From Mayamaea pseudoterrestris (taxonomy: Eukaryota), in assembly GCA_027923505.1 (NCBI GenBank), contig BROI01000022.1, positions 1 through 64,000 of the forward strand: a stretch of 64,000 bases of DNA. The letters are read 5' to 3'. A model generated the notes under the pieces. That model searched no databases. It worked only from the letters and a program-made list of their open reading frames with translations, and had not been told where the DNA came from. Made by a program: the position numbers and the translations under genes. This document shows, in pieces, positions 36,618 through 48,246 of this stretch (positions within the stretch are counted from its first letter, which is position 1; each line of letters begins with the position of its first letter).

Positions 36618-37538
36618 ATGACGAGCCGATCACATTCCAAACCACTATCACATCGACGAGCCCTTTCATTGACCATCCTCCTAGCTGCTTCCTGTTTAAA
36701 TGGCTTGTCGGCGTTTGTCGTGAACCAAAACATTTTTAATAGTCACGATGCACGGACCCACTCACGAGAGCAACTGGAACAACGCTGTTTCGTCTCTCCA
36801 TCACGACCAACCATTCATATTTCATCATCATCACCATCTTCCACTCGTCTCTACGCTTTCACGCCTCCTCGTCGCCGCGTCTTGGAGTGGATCAAGCGCG
36901 TCGCCTTTGGCGGTCTCGTCGCATCAAGCGTTCCAAACGTGGCGCTCGCCGACGGCGAGACAGACATTGTCAACAATCCCACTCCAGGTTCCGTCATTGC
37001 CATGGAGTTTAGCAACTTGGACGGTGTCGCAGGCAAGACGGGGACTGTCAAGATTCAACTGTATCCGGAATGGGCGCCCAAGGGAGTGGAGCGCTTTGAG
37101 GAATTGACGCGGGTGGGCTTTTGGAACGACTGCCGGATCTTTCGCGTCTTGCCGGGATTCGTCGTGCAGTTTGGCATTAGCGGCGATCCATTGACGCAGG
37201 CAAAGTGGCGCGGCAATAACCTTTCGGATGATCCCGTCAAGGTGTCCAATGACAGAGGTACAGTCACCTTTGCGACGGCGGGGGCGAATACTCGAACGAC
37301 GCAAATTTTTATTTCGACGCGCCCGCAAGGCAATGCCTTTCTTGACAAGCAAGGGTTTGCTCCCATTGGTCGAGTCATTGAAGGCATGGACATTGTGGAT
37401 CAATGCTTTGCGGGATATGGAGAAGGTGCACCGGCTGGCAAAGGACCTAACCAAGGATTGATTCAGTTGCGAGGCAACTCATATTTGAAGGACCAGTATC
37501 CACAGTTATCTTACATTTCCAAGGCGGACTTTGTTTAG
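36618..37538 (+). CDS. Cyclophilin-type peptidyl-prolyl isomerase, probably plastid thylakoid lumen
   Basis: WAPKGVERF, FRVLPGFVVQFG, RTTQIFI, GFAPIGRV; signal peptide plus SA-F motif, then RRR...ALA lumen-targeting signal. Confidence 0.9.
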   Translation: MTSRSHSKPLSHRRALSLTILLAASCLNGLSAFVVNQNIFNSHDARTHSREQLEQRCFVSPSRPTIHISSSSPSSTRLYAFTPPRRRVLEWIKRVAFGGLVASSVPNVALADGETDIVNNPTPGSVIAMEFSNLDGVAGKTGTVKIQLYPEWAPKGVERFEELTRVGFWNDCRIFRVLPGFVVQFGISGDPLTQAKWRGNNLSDDPVKVSNDRGTVTFATAGANTRTTQIFISTRPQGNAFLDKQGFAPIGRVIEGMDIVDQCFAGYGEGAPAGKGPNQGLIQLRGNSYLKDQYPQLSYISKADFV

Positions 37539-37819
37539 AGTGAAAGGAATTGGAAATCACACACGGCAGCTACTATTATTATCACTATAACGAAAAACTA
37601 TTATATACAAAGTAATTGCATGCATATTGTGCTTACTCGTACTTACTCGTTCTGATAGGTGAGACTTGCGACGATGCTCAGCATCGTATTTCGTCGCCCG
37701 CCAACCACAGGCTTTGAATGCACTTTGAAATACAAAGACTACTACTGACAGCTGTAGATAGTATTATCGACAATTACCGTAGTAAATTACAACATTGAGA
37801 GCAGTGTTCCGAGTTCCGA

Positions 37820-38611
37820 CTATAGATACAGGAGGGTCGACGACTCGTTCTCTTCCGCAATCAAAGCATCCGAAAGCTCTGTGCCCTCAAACACGTCAAA
37901 ATTCTCCTGCATGGCGGCAAAGTCCAGCTGCGCGAGTAGCAAGGCCCAATCCTTGCTTGGCTTGGTCAACTTTGAGCTGTACTTTGCCAGTGCTTGACTC
38001 TCGTCTATACCATTTGACTTTGACGATTGTTTACGCTGTGCCTTGACCAACTTGTGAACAACCTTGCTCTTCATGGAATGCCGATACGCTCCGGCTTCGC
38101 TGTGCAGCTCCAGTCCGCGATAACCATGGTTGAAGCCTTCCTGCATGAGTCGAGGAGCGTGCATCACTAACGATTGTTGCTGTCGCTGCTGCGGCGACGA
38201 CGGACTCGCCTTGTCCGCAGCCACCAGTGACTTGTGAAAAGAGGCGCATGTTTCCGTGAATCGTTGTATGGAATCCGAGTAGTAGACGGAAACTCCAGCA
38301 GCTTCCGACATTAAGCTCATCTCTTCCTTGGTGTACCAAACGTTTTCGCGAATGGGTTCGAGCTGCTTGCGTGTCGCAACAATATGAATCTTGTTTTGTC
38401 GCGTATTGAAGCGAACTTGCTTGGAAACGCTATCTTCTGTGAGAGAAGATTGGTTCGAGTCTCGTCGCCGCTGACCGGATCGTCGCGTCATGTTGTCAAT
38501 CCCTCGCATCAAAAAGGACGCCGACACGGAGGAGGACGATCGCGGACGCACCTTCTTTTCGGTTGTGATCATCGTCATTGCTTGATCTTGTACTTGAGCA
38601 GTCTTTGTCAT
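37820..38611 (-). CDS. Hypothetical protein, VRF...WY...RGLE family
   Basis: KQVRFN, VWYTKEE, YRGLE, LAQLD motifs. Confidence 0.65.
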   Translation of the reverse strand: MTKTAQVQDQAMTMITTEKKVRPRSSSSVSASFLMRGIDNMTRRSGQRRRDSNQSSLTEDSVSKQVRFNTRQNKIHIVATRKQLEPIRENVWYTKEEMSLMSEAAGVSVYYSDSIQRFTETCASFHKSLVAADKASPSSPQQRQQQSLVMHAPRLMQEGFNHGYRGLELHSEAGAYRHSMKSKVVHKLVKAQRKQSSKSNGIDESQALAKYSSKLTKPSKDWALLLAQLDFAAMQENFDVFEGTELSDALIAEENESSTLLYL

Positions 38612-39309
38612 GTTGGGTGTGTCTTGTTGTAAGTATGAGGTCTAATGAGATGCTGGTCGGCAGGGCCCAAGACGCTTTGGTTTGTGCAGAATGCAGGATC
38701 CCGGTGAATTTGCTGCATGCGATTTCGAAAGAGCGACATGCGCGAGTCGTGCCTGCCGGCGAAATTATTCGCAATCGGGACCCAGGGCATAAGTAATGAA
38801 TGTCAAAAGTCATAGTGAGCCTCACAGAAACGTCAATCGGCGTCAGCTGGCGACTCCGTGAACCGACGACCAATCTCGAGGACTCTTCTCATTCGCAACG
38901 ACCTGACGAGTTTCAAGCGTTTAAACTGGCAGCGGGGAAGGCTATACTCTTCGAGCATAATTGACGGCACACACAGGGGAGGCAGTAGAATTTGGGAGTC
39001 AGTCCATTCCGGATGAAGGAGATGCCTCAACTATTACCTGGACATTGCGCACCTTCTGTGCCTGATGGGTGGCGGTACGATGAATGACGACGCGCTTTGA
39101 TGACCGCAAGAATTTCGCACCATGAACCATGAAGCGGCAACGTCAAATCTGCCTTCACCGTGAGCCACTGCCAGCCTCTAACGAAGCATGCTTAACAGAA
39201 TAGCATTGTATAAAGTGGTTACTCATATTACAGGAAGATATTAGCCAAAAACCACCCAGATGGGAGATCTGCTTTGCTACCAAAGAACATACGTCACAAG
39301 GCGCACATC

Positions 39310-40026
39310 ATGCCACCAACAGAGCTGAGCCTTGCGCTTGCGTCATTTGAATGGGACCGAGCAGTTTCTATAATCAACAGAGACCCGAAACAAGCCAAAG
39401 TGTGGACACTGAGGCTCGGTTTCTATGAGGGAACGCACAATTCCGAACTCCTTCCCCTTCACGAGGCCTGCACTGGCACGGCTCCCCCAAGCGTCGCCCA
39501 AGCACTACTACAAGCTTATCCAAAGGCGGCGCAACTACCTGAAAGTGCCTATCAGCGACTACCACTACATTGCGCTTGCCGCAAGCACGCCGATGCGGAA
39601 ATCATAGACTTGCTCATTGACTCGTTCGCTGAGGCGACGTTAATACCCGATAGTCTCGGACGACTACCCATTCACTATGCGCTAAGCAATGGAGCAAGTG
39701 ATGCCGCAGTGATTGGGCGATTGCTGCAAGTTGGTCCAGATTGTGCCCGCGGAGTGGGTGATCGCAACTGGACGCCGCTCCATGTTGCCTGCTGCTGCGG
39801 TGCCAGTGTTGGCGTTGTTGAGCAATTGCTGCGCCTGTATCCAGAAGCAGCCGTCATACGGACACTCAAAGGCTCATCTGCCGCTGGACTGTTGAACAAG
39901 AAGGAATGTTTGCACTGGAAGCAGTTGTATAGCCTCTTGATGCAAGCCAAGGACGATTTCGACCGCACCTTTGTGGATCCGTTCGAAGCACATGTTAGAA
40001 AGGTGGAAGATTTGATGCTTGTATAG
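39310..40026 (+). CDS. Ankyrin-repeat-like protein
   Basis: Repeated LPLHEAC, LPLHCAC, LPIHYAL, TPLHVAC helical motifs. Confidence 0.85.
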   Translation: MPPTELSLALASFEWDRAVSIINRDPKQAKVWTLRLGFYEGTHNSELLPLHEACTGTAPPSVAQALLQAYPKAAQLPESAYQRLPLHCACRKHADAEIIDLLIDSFAEATLIPDSLGRLPIHYALSNGASDAAVIGRLLQVGPDCARGVGDRNWTPLHVACCCGASVGVVEQLLRLYPEAAVIRTLKGSSAAGLLNKKECLHWKQLYSLLMQAKDDFDRTFVDPFEAHVRKVEDLMLV

Positions 40027-40277
40027 CAGAAGTCAAACCAATGGCTGGGTCTTGGCAATACTCTATCTTGTACATAGAGTAACTTTATCATGCTATTGCT
40101 ATGAAAGATGGGTCTATTCTTGTACGACAACTTGCTGTGCGCGATGCCGTGAGATTTGTGCGACACGTGTTGAGAACCGGTCCGACGTTTCAATGCATCG
40201 CCAACAAAACGTCCACCGCCAAAGAGACGAACGACGCTGCACCCCAATGGCTGTTTGTAATGGTCTAGGCGAGCATC

Positions 40278-42434
40278 ATGTATCCTTCTGCGAAGAGTAA
40301 AAGTATAGTTCATGACTACGCAACTCTGCAAAATTTGCGACAATCTGCTGCGGGAGTCAAGCGACTCGTCGGAGGACTGGCCGTCGTCATTGTCGGAATA
40401 GCCTCCGTTGCAGCAATTGCCAATCGATCAAGCCTGATAGAGTCGTTCTCGACAAGCACACGAAGGCGACTGATTGTATTTAGCAGCTACTCGGATGGCT
40501 TAGTGGCGAAGAAGCAGCAACGACATTTGTCCAAGTTGGGCATTCACCACATTGTTTTGAACCAATCCGAGCAGCATCGCTTCGTTGCCGACTACTGCTA
40601 CGATGCACTGCTTAGGTACGAAGAGTATCAGCGAGACGAACGACAAGTTCATTTTGCTGCCGAGCTATGGAAGTATTGCGCCCTTTCGTCTGGTTTGGCA
40701 AAGACGGTCGCCTATTTAGATTTGACAAGTCCAGTGCTGCTGCATTCAAATCAATTGCGGCAAACATTGCAAACTCCACTCAATATGGCTGTCTTGTCAA
40801 GCAGCTACGAGCCAAAGACTGTGCATGGATCATTGCTGGTGTTTCAAAAGACTCAGCAATCTACAATTGCCTTACATATGCTACAAGTATTGCGCGATAC
40901 ACCCATCAAAGTGTTGCAGCAAAAGCCACTCCTGCTTTCAAAGCTACTGTACGCATTACTCGCTCAAAGTCTGCAGGTAAAGGAATTAATAGCAGGAGTA
41001 GAATACCATCAGTGGAACTTGCTGGAGCAGCGCTGTCAAATGTCGGCGCTGTCTGCAGGACAAGGCACCGCAGATAGCAAAGGGCTCGAAGCAACTAGCT
41101 TGCGCAAGTCACATCACTGTCCACTGGTCGGCGACTATTGCTGCGTCGTGCAAGATGTTACACAGCATGGCATTGTCATGATGAATCGACATCCAATCAA
41201 TCCATTGCCAGAATTGTCGTCAGTGTCGGCAGATTTTCTGCCACTTCCGTTGAATGCCGTCGCAGATGCATGGATCAACCACAAGGACTTGCCCTACATT
41301 ACAACCCTTCAAGTGAAGGAGCGAACAGCACGACCAAAGGCACTTGAAATGTCCATGCCGCAGCGTTTCGATGACTTGCTCCGCAATAATTGCTTACCAA
41401 GTGACGCCTGTAATACTTGCTTGGCCGAAAGTGACGGCTGCAGCGAGTGCATGAGCGATTGTGGGTGCTACTGCAAAACGCTTTGCAAGGAAACGTCGGT
41501 GGCGTTACCAGTCACGTTGCGCCTATCCGCGCGAGCACCAATCTACCATCGAGACGTCAATCGGCTGGTGCCACGGATCGTTCATCAAACGTGGTACGAA
41601 CCGCTGGATGCAAACGAATATCCAGATTCCAGCCGACTAGCTCAGTCCTTTCGCAAGTCGGGATGGGACTATCGATTCTACACGGACGCTGACGCTGTAA
41701 CATTCCTAGAAACACACTTTCCACCCGAAGTTCTTCAAGCATACAATGCTCTCTCACAAGCACACTTACAATCGCACTTGTTTCGATACTGCGTCGTGTT
41801 CATCTTTGGCGGACTCTTCGCGGATATTGACCTTCTCCTCGAGTCTGCTGTGGAGTTGGCGATTGAACCGGATGTTGGCTTCATGGCGGCCATGGATGAG
41901 CCGACGAAAGTAAATAGCTGCTTGTCGAAATCATTCTTTGCAGCGGCACCTGGTCATCCGTTTCTGGCAAGAGCTATTGAGACTTTGGTGAACCAAGTCC
42001 GCAATCGATTTTCGCTTGTGGACATGGACAACGCATATTGCCCAAATCCCGGCTTGTTTGCCATCCGCTACGACAAGGCAAGCTTTGTTACTGGTTCATG
42101 TATGCTTGGAACGTCGGTGAACAGAGTTGTCGGACGACCACCTATGTTTCCTTTTAATGCCGGGGAACTGAATCACTCCCAGTCCAACTTGCCGGGGCGC
42201 ACAATCATTCTGAAGCAGCATAAATACGACATGGGCGGTAAACGATTTACTTCTGTCGACCGCAACCTCATTGTCGCCGTCGCCGATGTAGAGGTTACCG
42301 AGGAGAGTGACGAGCATGAAAAACTAACAAACCGAACAGTGGAATTTGGTGGCCGCTTTGAGTTTGAAGCACTTTACAATGACATGATTCGCGCCAACGA
42401 AAAGGTCCGAATCCATATTGAGCATGGACACTGA
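40278..42434 (+). CDS. Type II membrane glycosyltransferase, GT32/Och1-like DXD family
   Basis: N-terminal TM; VPRIVHQTW, WDYRFYTD, LFRYCVVFIFGGLFADID, AAPGHPFL. Confidence 0.85.
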   Translation: MYPSAKSKSIVHDYATLQNLRQSAAGVKRLVGGLAVVIVGIASVAAIANRSSLIESFSTSTRRRLIVFSSYSDGLVAKKQQRHLSKLGIHHIVLNQSEQHRFVADYCYDALLRYEEYQRDERQVHFAAELWKYCALSSGLAKTVAYLDLTSPVLLHSNQLRQTLQTPLNMAVLSSSYEPKTVHGSLLVFQKTQQSTIALHMLQVLRDTPIKVLQQKPLLLSKLLYALLAQSLQVKELIAGVEYHQWNLLEQRCQMSALSAGQGTADSKGLEATSLRKSHHCPLVGDYCCVVQDVTQHGIVMMNRHPINPLPELSSVSADFLPLPLNAVADAWINHKDLPYITTLQVKERTARPKALEMSMPQRFDDLLRNNCLPSDACNTCLAESDGCSECMSDCGCYCKTLCKETSVALPVTLRLSARAPIYHRDVNRLVPRIVHQTWYEPLDANEYPDSSRLAQSFRKSGWDYRFYTDADAVTFLETHFPPEVLQAYNALSQAHLQSHLFRYCVVFIFGGLFADIDLLLESAVELAIEPDVGFMAAMDEPTKVNSCLSKSFFAAAPGHPFLARAIETLVNQVRNRFSLVDMDNAYCPNPGLFAIRYDKASFVTGSCMLGTSVNRVVGRPPMFPFNAGELNHSQSNLPGRTIILKQHKYDMGGKRFTSVDRNLIVAVADVEVTEESDEHEKLTNRTVEFGGRFEFEALYNDMIRANEKVRIHIEHGH

Positions 42435-42528
42435 TGCTGGAGATCTGAAGGAGTCTATTTATATTAGTAAAAATGATACAGTTGAATACAAATGTTTCAA
42501 TTTTAGTTTAACTTAAAAGTGATTCGTC

Positions 42529-45075
42529 TCATGGTGGGACGACTCGTATAAATATTTCTTGGTAATGCTTGTCGTGTAGCCGATAGTCTGGATAATCCTT
42601 GTCCATGACTGGAATCCATGAGAAGTCTCGGGGCTCAGAGTCTAGTCTTGGCTGTCGTTCGCCATAGAGTCCCTCGATTCGTCGCTTACCCATTGTATAA
42701 GCGAGACTGAGCAGCTCCGCATCACGTTGACCACCCCACAACAAAAACTCCTTGTACCAACTACATCGAAACTCTTGGCCATAGCGCGTTCCCAAGTCAT
42801 GCATGATAACATCGTCATCGAACCATTGAAACGGAAACTCGTCGTATACGCTCGATTTAATTTCGTCTTGCGGCCGTTTTTCGTTTGACGTTATTAAGGA
42901 AATGGACTCGTTGTAGTATGCAATTTGGCGAGAAGGAATCCACGTTGTAGATTGACGAACAAACTCTTGCATCGACTGGGGTTTCCTCCTTGGTTCCTTG
43001 GCATAGAATAAGACGCGACGCGCTCGTTGTCGGCGTATTTTGACCATTTGCCAAACACTAGTACCAGGTCTTTTCGCTTTCCTCATTCGGGCACCTACTT
43101 CCTCCAACTCCATTTCATCAAAAACATCCAGTAGCTGACTGTCTGTCGCTTTCATGAACGACGGCTTCTCGGTGTATAGCGCCAGTAAGACTGTCTTGGC
43201 AAATAGAGCGGCAGGATCTATCCGAAGCAACGCCAAATCTGCATCCGTCATGCTACCTTCGTGGTGTTCAGGCAACCAAAAAATGGTCCATCCATCCACA
43301 TCATGCTTTCCATTCTTGGAGCGCAGAACATCAACATCAATTGTAATGCTTTCATCAAAGGAGTCGCCGTCTTGGCTGTCTCGTAGATCAATTGGATTGT
43401 CGGATAACATGTTTCGCACAAATCGGCTCTGCCCCGAAACAAAGGCAAATCGGCAGACTTCATCATCGGGGGAGTCGTCTGGTTTTGGTTGCTCCAAGTA
43501 CTCAAAGGCAGTCGAAAAGTTGCCAAAGTATACGGAATAAATACAACCATCACTCGCCTCGCGAACCAATTCCTTGATTTCGTCAAACGCTGAAGGCAGG
43601 CACTCATAGTCCTCGCACATGGATGCACACGGAAAATGGTCGCGCGGCACTCCGTAAAAGTCCAAGTAATCTGCCTCAGTAACGGCATTGCCCAAATGGT
43701 CATGCTCGTCAAGCTCAATCCACGCGCCAGTCTCCTTTTTATGATGCCGCTTGAGTTGATAGTAGGTGATTTCTGGGGTGACGCCCTCGCCCGAGTCAAT
43801 GTCCACCACCATTTGCCGCGCATAAATGGATCGAAAGCCTTGCGCCTTCTTTGCATTGTATTCGAGACCTGTCAATATACAGGCCATGGCATTGGTCACG
43901 TACATTTTTTCGTGCATGTAATAGTCCGCCACTGTCGTGGGCGATGCCACCATGGGACCGTATAAATAGGGAAGGTGCAACAGTGTCGTTGAAAAGCCGT
44001 ACATGCTTTGGTACGTCTTGACCAAAACTGACGCCAGCTCGGTCCATGGCGTTTCCGTCGAGTCGTTGGATGTCACGTAGACGAACCGAGGTTGGTGCCA
44101 GCGATCATGTGATGCATTGTAGACTTGTGCCACACACTGGAGTGCATCATTCACGAGTTTCAGTCCACTCTTGATGGCGTAGAGTCTCGTGTTTCGTTCC
44201 GACAAGACTGAATCATATTCCGGCGGATAGGTTGCCAAGTGTATCACATGCGTCGGTTGAAAAGCGACCATTCGGTCCTGGACACTGTCGTCATGGTCTG
44301 TTGAAAAGTCTGCACTCGGAACAATGAGCTGCATGCGGTCAATGCCTCGCTTCAAATCTCGATAGTTTTCCATTTGTTCGAGTCGGTCCTTTTGGTGATT
44401 GGGAAAGAGCGGATCTATGCCTAAAATATCCTTGACGCCGCATTGAGTTGCGAGAAAGAGTGCGAGAGGCTGACCCGGTGGCTGCGTCAACACATTGGTG
44501 ATGATAACGCGCGACGTTGAATCCATGTTTGCATTCTCGCATAGTATCTGCCAATTGTGCTTCCATGGCATGATGACTCGCTGAGGTGTCTTTTGCCAAG
44601 GTCCAGTTGGTAGGGCATCGGATTGGCTACGTGCGTTGTTGGATGGCAGCCGTGTCCGTTGCTGACGCTTCTGATTGAGCAGGCGAGGCGAACCTTTGTC
44701 GGTTTCTGATTCCTCTTCTTCCTTTCTACTTTTTCTTCTCTCGTTGTCAGTAGATTGATCTCGTCTTTGAGACTGTAGGTGAAGTGCATTGGAAACGTTT
44801 TCATCGGAAGTTGTTTGTCGTTGAAGGTCAAGGACGAATGGGTTCATGGCACTATGAATTCCCTGCTGATGCAGCCACACAATGTTCCATCCAAACTTTA
44901 CAAACACACACAACGCAAAGGATGCTCTGATCCACGGAAACTTGCGACAGGAAGCTGTCGATGGTGAACAGACAAAGTGGTTACTGTTGCTGTGCTGGAG
45001 GTTCAATTGGTGGTGGCCATTTGCTGCGCGATTGGAAGATAAAGGTAATCGTTCGCGACTTGATTTTCGTTTCAT
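42529..45075 (-). CDS. Type II membrane protein: degenerate nucleotide-sugar epimerase (SDR)-like domain plus DUF616/TOD1-like C-terminal domain
   Basis: RVIIT...ILGID, PTHVIHLA, RFVYVTS, YQSMYGF...LYGP (epimerase-like); FRCSWYKE...RD...SLAY (DUF616-like). Confidence 0.6.
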   Translation of the reverse strand: MKRKSSRERLPLSSNRAANGHHQLNLQHSNSNHFVCSPSTASCRKFPWIRASFALCVFVKFGWNIVWLHQQGIHSAMNPFVLDLQRQTTSDENVSNALHLQSQRRDQSTDNERRKSRKEEEESETDKGSPRLLNQKRQQRTRLPSNNARSQSDALPTGPWQKTPQRVIMPWKHNWQILCENANMDSTSRVIITNVLTQPPGQPLALFLATQCGVKDILGIDPLFPNHQKDRLEQMENYRDLKRGIDRMQLIVPSADFSTDHDDSVQDRMVAFQPTHVIHLATYPPEYDSVLSERNTRLYAIKSGLKLVNDALQCVAQVYNASHDRWHQPRFVYVTSNDSTETPWTELASVLVKTYQSMYGFSTTLLHLPYLYGPMVASPTTVADYYMHEKMYVTNAMACILTGLEYNAKKAQGFRSIYARQMVVDIDSGEGVTPEITYYQLKRHHKKETGAWIELDEHDHLGNAVTEADYLDFYGVPRDHFPCASMCEDYECLPSAFDEIKELVREASDGCIYSVYFGNFSTAFEYLEQPKPDDSPDDEVCRFAFVSGQSRFVRNMLSDNPIDLRDSQDGDSFDESITIDVDVLRSKNGKHDVDGWTIFWLPEHHEGSMTDADLALLRIDPAALFAKTVLLALYTEKPSFMKATDSQLLDVFDEMELEEVGARMRKAKRPGTSVWQMVKIRRQRARRVLFYAKEPRRKPQSMQEFVRQSTTWIPSRQIAYYNESISLITSNEKRPQDEIKSSVYDEFPFQWFDDDVIMHDLGTRYGQEFRCSWYKEFLLWGGQRDAELLSLAYTMGKRRIEGLYGERQPRLDSEPRDFSWIPVMDKDYPDYRLHDKHYQEIFIRVVPP

Positions 45076-45644
45076 GCTTGAATGAATTGTTGCGTAGCTT
45101 TATAGTATGTATACAGCTTCTCCTGGGAGACTCAAAGTGGACATGAACCCATGTCCATGGTCGTCGGGTGGAGGCGCGAGCCGAGGGGGTGCGCTTTGCG
45201 GCAAAGTGAATGTCGCACCGAGTTCGACTTTATCGCCAAAAATTATTTGTGTGTCGCACAGTGACTCTTGTCGAGTACCGTTAACAACTGGTCTCTCAAT
45301 GTCACTATGATACTCGTAGGATAGCTTTGCGGCAAAAAAAGTGCTACCGGTACATCAACCTGATCGAGACAGTTGAAATAATGGTTGATGATTGCTTATT
45401 ACCATTGTGATGGTTACGAAGTGCTGGACAAAAAAACGCCCAATCAGTCGTGCATGGTATCGTGAAAGCAGCCTCGTCGAGCGCTCCCTTGGGTGCAAAT
45501 CGTGATGCGATACAATGGCCCGAGTGAACTTAATCGTCAACAGCCAAAGTCGGCCTGCTTCATGACGATGACTGACCTTTCCAATCCAGACATTCTAAAC
45601 ACATCGCATCAAACAACAACTCTACAAGTCGATCATACATCACC

Positions 45645-46253
45645 ATGAAACCAACGCCATCAACACCCGAAATTGACGATAGTTCTCTCGACTCTGAGTC
45701 GAGTGCAGCCGTCGTCAGTTTGTACAATTCGTGGAGTTCCAGCGGCGACGAAGGCTTCAACAATGAAGACGATGACTCGTCGTCGCTGAATGACCAGCAG
45801 CGGCATCTCGATGACATATCCACCATGACGGAGCAAGAGCTTTACAAAGAATTGCAGAAGCGATGTCGACCAGAAGACATACCCGTCACGCCAGTGTTGA
45901 AACCGCCAAGGAGTCGTCCATTTTGCCTATACATCAACTTCATGGGCCAGAAGCGCGACTGGTCAGCGCCAAAGCCCACAACGACGACGACTATGACTCC
46001 TGCTGCTCCACCCGTGCAACCAGTCGAGTGCAAATCGGAGTTCAAGTTGGACTTTGAGGATGACGCTGATGGCTACCTTGCCATGATCGAGTCACAATCC
46101 TTGTCGGAGAGTCTTCACAGCCATTTCGACGAAAGCGAAAATGACTTGTTCGACAGTATTGTCCAAATCCACAAGCGACCTCGAATTGACGAGGACGAAA
46201 GTCCTCTCAGTCCAATTAGCGTTCACGATGAATTCTACTTTTCGCTTTATTGA
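45645..46253 (+). CDS. Hypothetical acidic low-complexity protein
   Basis: 202-aa ORF with ATG in gene-like context; no domain recognised. Confidence 0.5.
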   Translation: MKPTPSTPEIDDSSLDSESSAAVVSLYNSWSSSGDEGFNNEDDDSSSLNDQQRHLDDISTMTEQELYKELQKRCRPEDIPVTPVLKPPRSRPFCLYINFMGQKRDWSAPKPTTTTTMTPAAPPVQPVECKSEFKLDFEDDADGYLAMIESQSLSESLHSHFDESENDLFDSIVQIHKRPRIDEDESPLSPISVHDEFYFSLY

Positions 46254-46883
46254 TGAGTGGAAGCGAATGGAATTGCATTTTATATGTCAGTCAGCGGTCA
46301 GCGCTGCTCTGCACGGAAGATTCAGTCGACGGACGCAGATGCGCCCGCAGCACGTATGCTTTATATCAGTATCAGATGACTTTAAAGAATAGAACCATTT
46401 TATTTATATGTATAAATGAGTATACGCATGTGTACAGTAATTCGCCTTCTGTGTAAGACGTCCCAACCAGGAACGAGGGATGATTGCGGAGCCTGTAGGT
46501 GCAGAAAAAGCTGCCAACGAGAGAAGTTAAAATGCTGTAAAATGCGCTTTTCCTTTGTTCAGTAACCGATGTGATTCCGTCGCCTTGGCATGCATCTGTG
46601 CATCTACAACTATAACGTCCTGCTGAAAAAAGTATAGAGCATAATTTTGACAAGATTGGTGCGTCCTTGTGCACGACTGCAGCGAAACAGCTGACGTTTC
46701 TGACATCTTAAAGCCACTAAGACATCGCATTCATTTCGGCCGACAAACGTCATGGATCGCGTCCACCCAAGAAAGACGACGACGATGGGACGAGATCCTT
46801 CTTCATTGCGTCGTCGACAACGAAGGCAATCTTACTTGTCTGCTCTGTCACTACTGAAGGAATAAGAAATAAACAACATTATC

Positions 46884-48036
46884 ATGGTGTTCCGTGCCTT
46901 CTTCCATTTGTCATTGCTGACATCGTCATGCTTTGCCTTTACATCTCGCGCGAGCAGCGCCTTTTTGGGCGGTTCTTCAAGCAGCCTACGCAGCAATGTT
47001 CCAAGGTCGGCCTCGCAACTAGACATGAAGTATACGCTAGTGCTGCTTCGTCACGGAGAGTCGACATGGAATGACCTAAACAAATTCACAGGTATGAAAG
47101 TGGCGGTGCGAATCGATCGAACATTGGCCAAGAAACGGATGAGAACTGGATTCGCGACGTGCCATTTACTTTATTTTTAGCTTGCAATCTTGTTCTTAAC
47201 ACTGCTTTGCGCTTTTCATTGCTGTTGCAGGCTGGGTCGATTGCCCGCTCAGTCCAAAGGGCGAACAGGAAGCGAGAGCCGGCGGAAAGCTGATGAAGGA
47301 GGAAGGATTCAAGTTTGACAAATGCTACACGTCCACCTTGAAAAGAGCCATCAAAACGCTCTGGCTGGCCTTGGAGGAACTAGACCTCATGTACCTTCCG
47401 ATTGTCAACACTTGGCGGCTCAATGAACGTCATTATGGTACGTAAAATGTTTTAGATTCATGACTGGTTCTTGGTGTTGCATTGCTCTTGCATCTTACGC
47501 TTCGTTTGTGAATGCATTGTCATTGACATTATCCTCCAGGCGCACTACAAGGACTAGACAAGCAGGAGACTGTTGACAAGCATGGCAAGGAGCAAGTTTT
47601 AATCTGGCGTCGCAGCTACGATATTCCTCCTCCACCCGTCGATGACGACTCAATCTACTTTCCTGGCAACGATCCCATGTACAAGGATGTTCCCAAGAGC
47701 GACTTGCCGCATGCAGAATCTTTGAAAATGACAGCGGAACGTTTCATGCCAGAATGGGAGAAGGTGCTTGTGCCTGAAATCAAGAGTGGCAAAACGATTC
47801 TCATTGCGGCTCACGGCAACACACTTCGCGCCTTGGTGCAGCACTTGGACAATATCAGTCCCGAAGTCATTTGCGAGCTCAATATTCCGACTGGAGTTCC
47901 ACTTGTCTACGAGCTGGATGAAAACTTGAAGCCAATTCCGCACAAGGATGCGATTGCGCCACTGCAGGGACGATACCTGGGTGACCAGGCCGAGATTCAA
48001 AAGCGAATTGGTGCCGTCATGGCGCAAACCAAGTAA
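46884..48036 (+). CDS. gpmA: Cofactor-dependent phosphoglycerate mutase, plastid-targeted; exons 46884-47091, 47231-47437, 47540-48036
   Basis: [58 protein letters not shown]; signal peptide with FA-F; GT-AG introns in frame. Confidence 0.95.
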
Positions 48037-48246
48037 GGCAAGCCATTCTATAGCAGTCTAAATTTAATCTTGTATTCTAACCGCTACATACGATACCTAC
48101 TTTGCTTCTACCTGTACAAATTAGCTTCATTAACCGTCACAGTCGATGCATGATGCCATCGTAGCGAGTACTGATGCGACACGACTTCGTTCGAGTTCCG
48201 ACGTGGTTCGTCCCGTTTTTCGTCTCATCCACCGCAGAATTTGACC

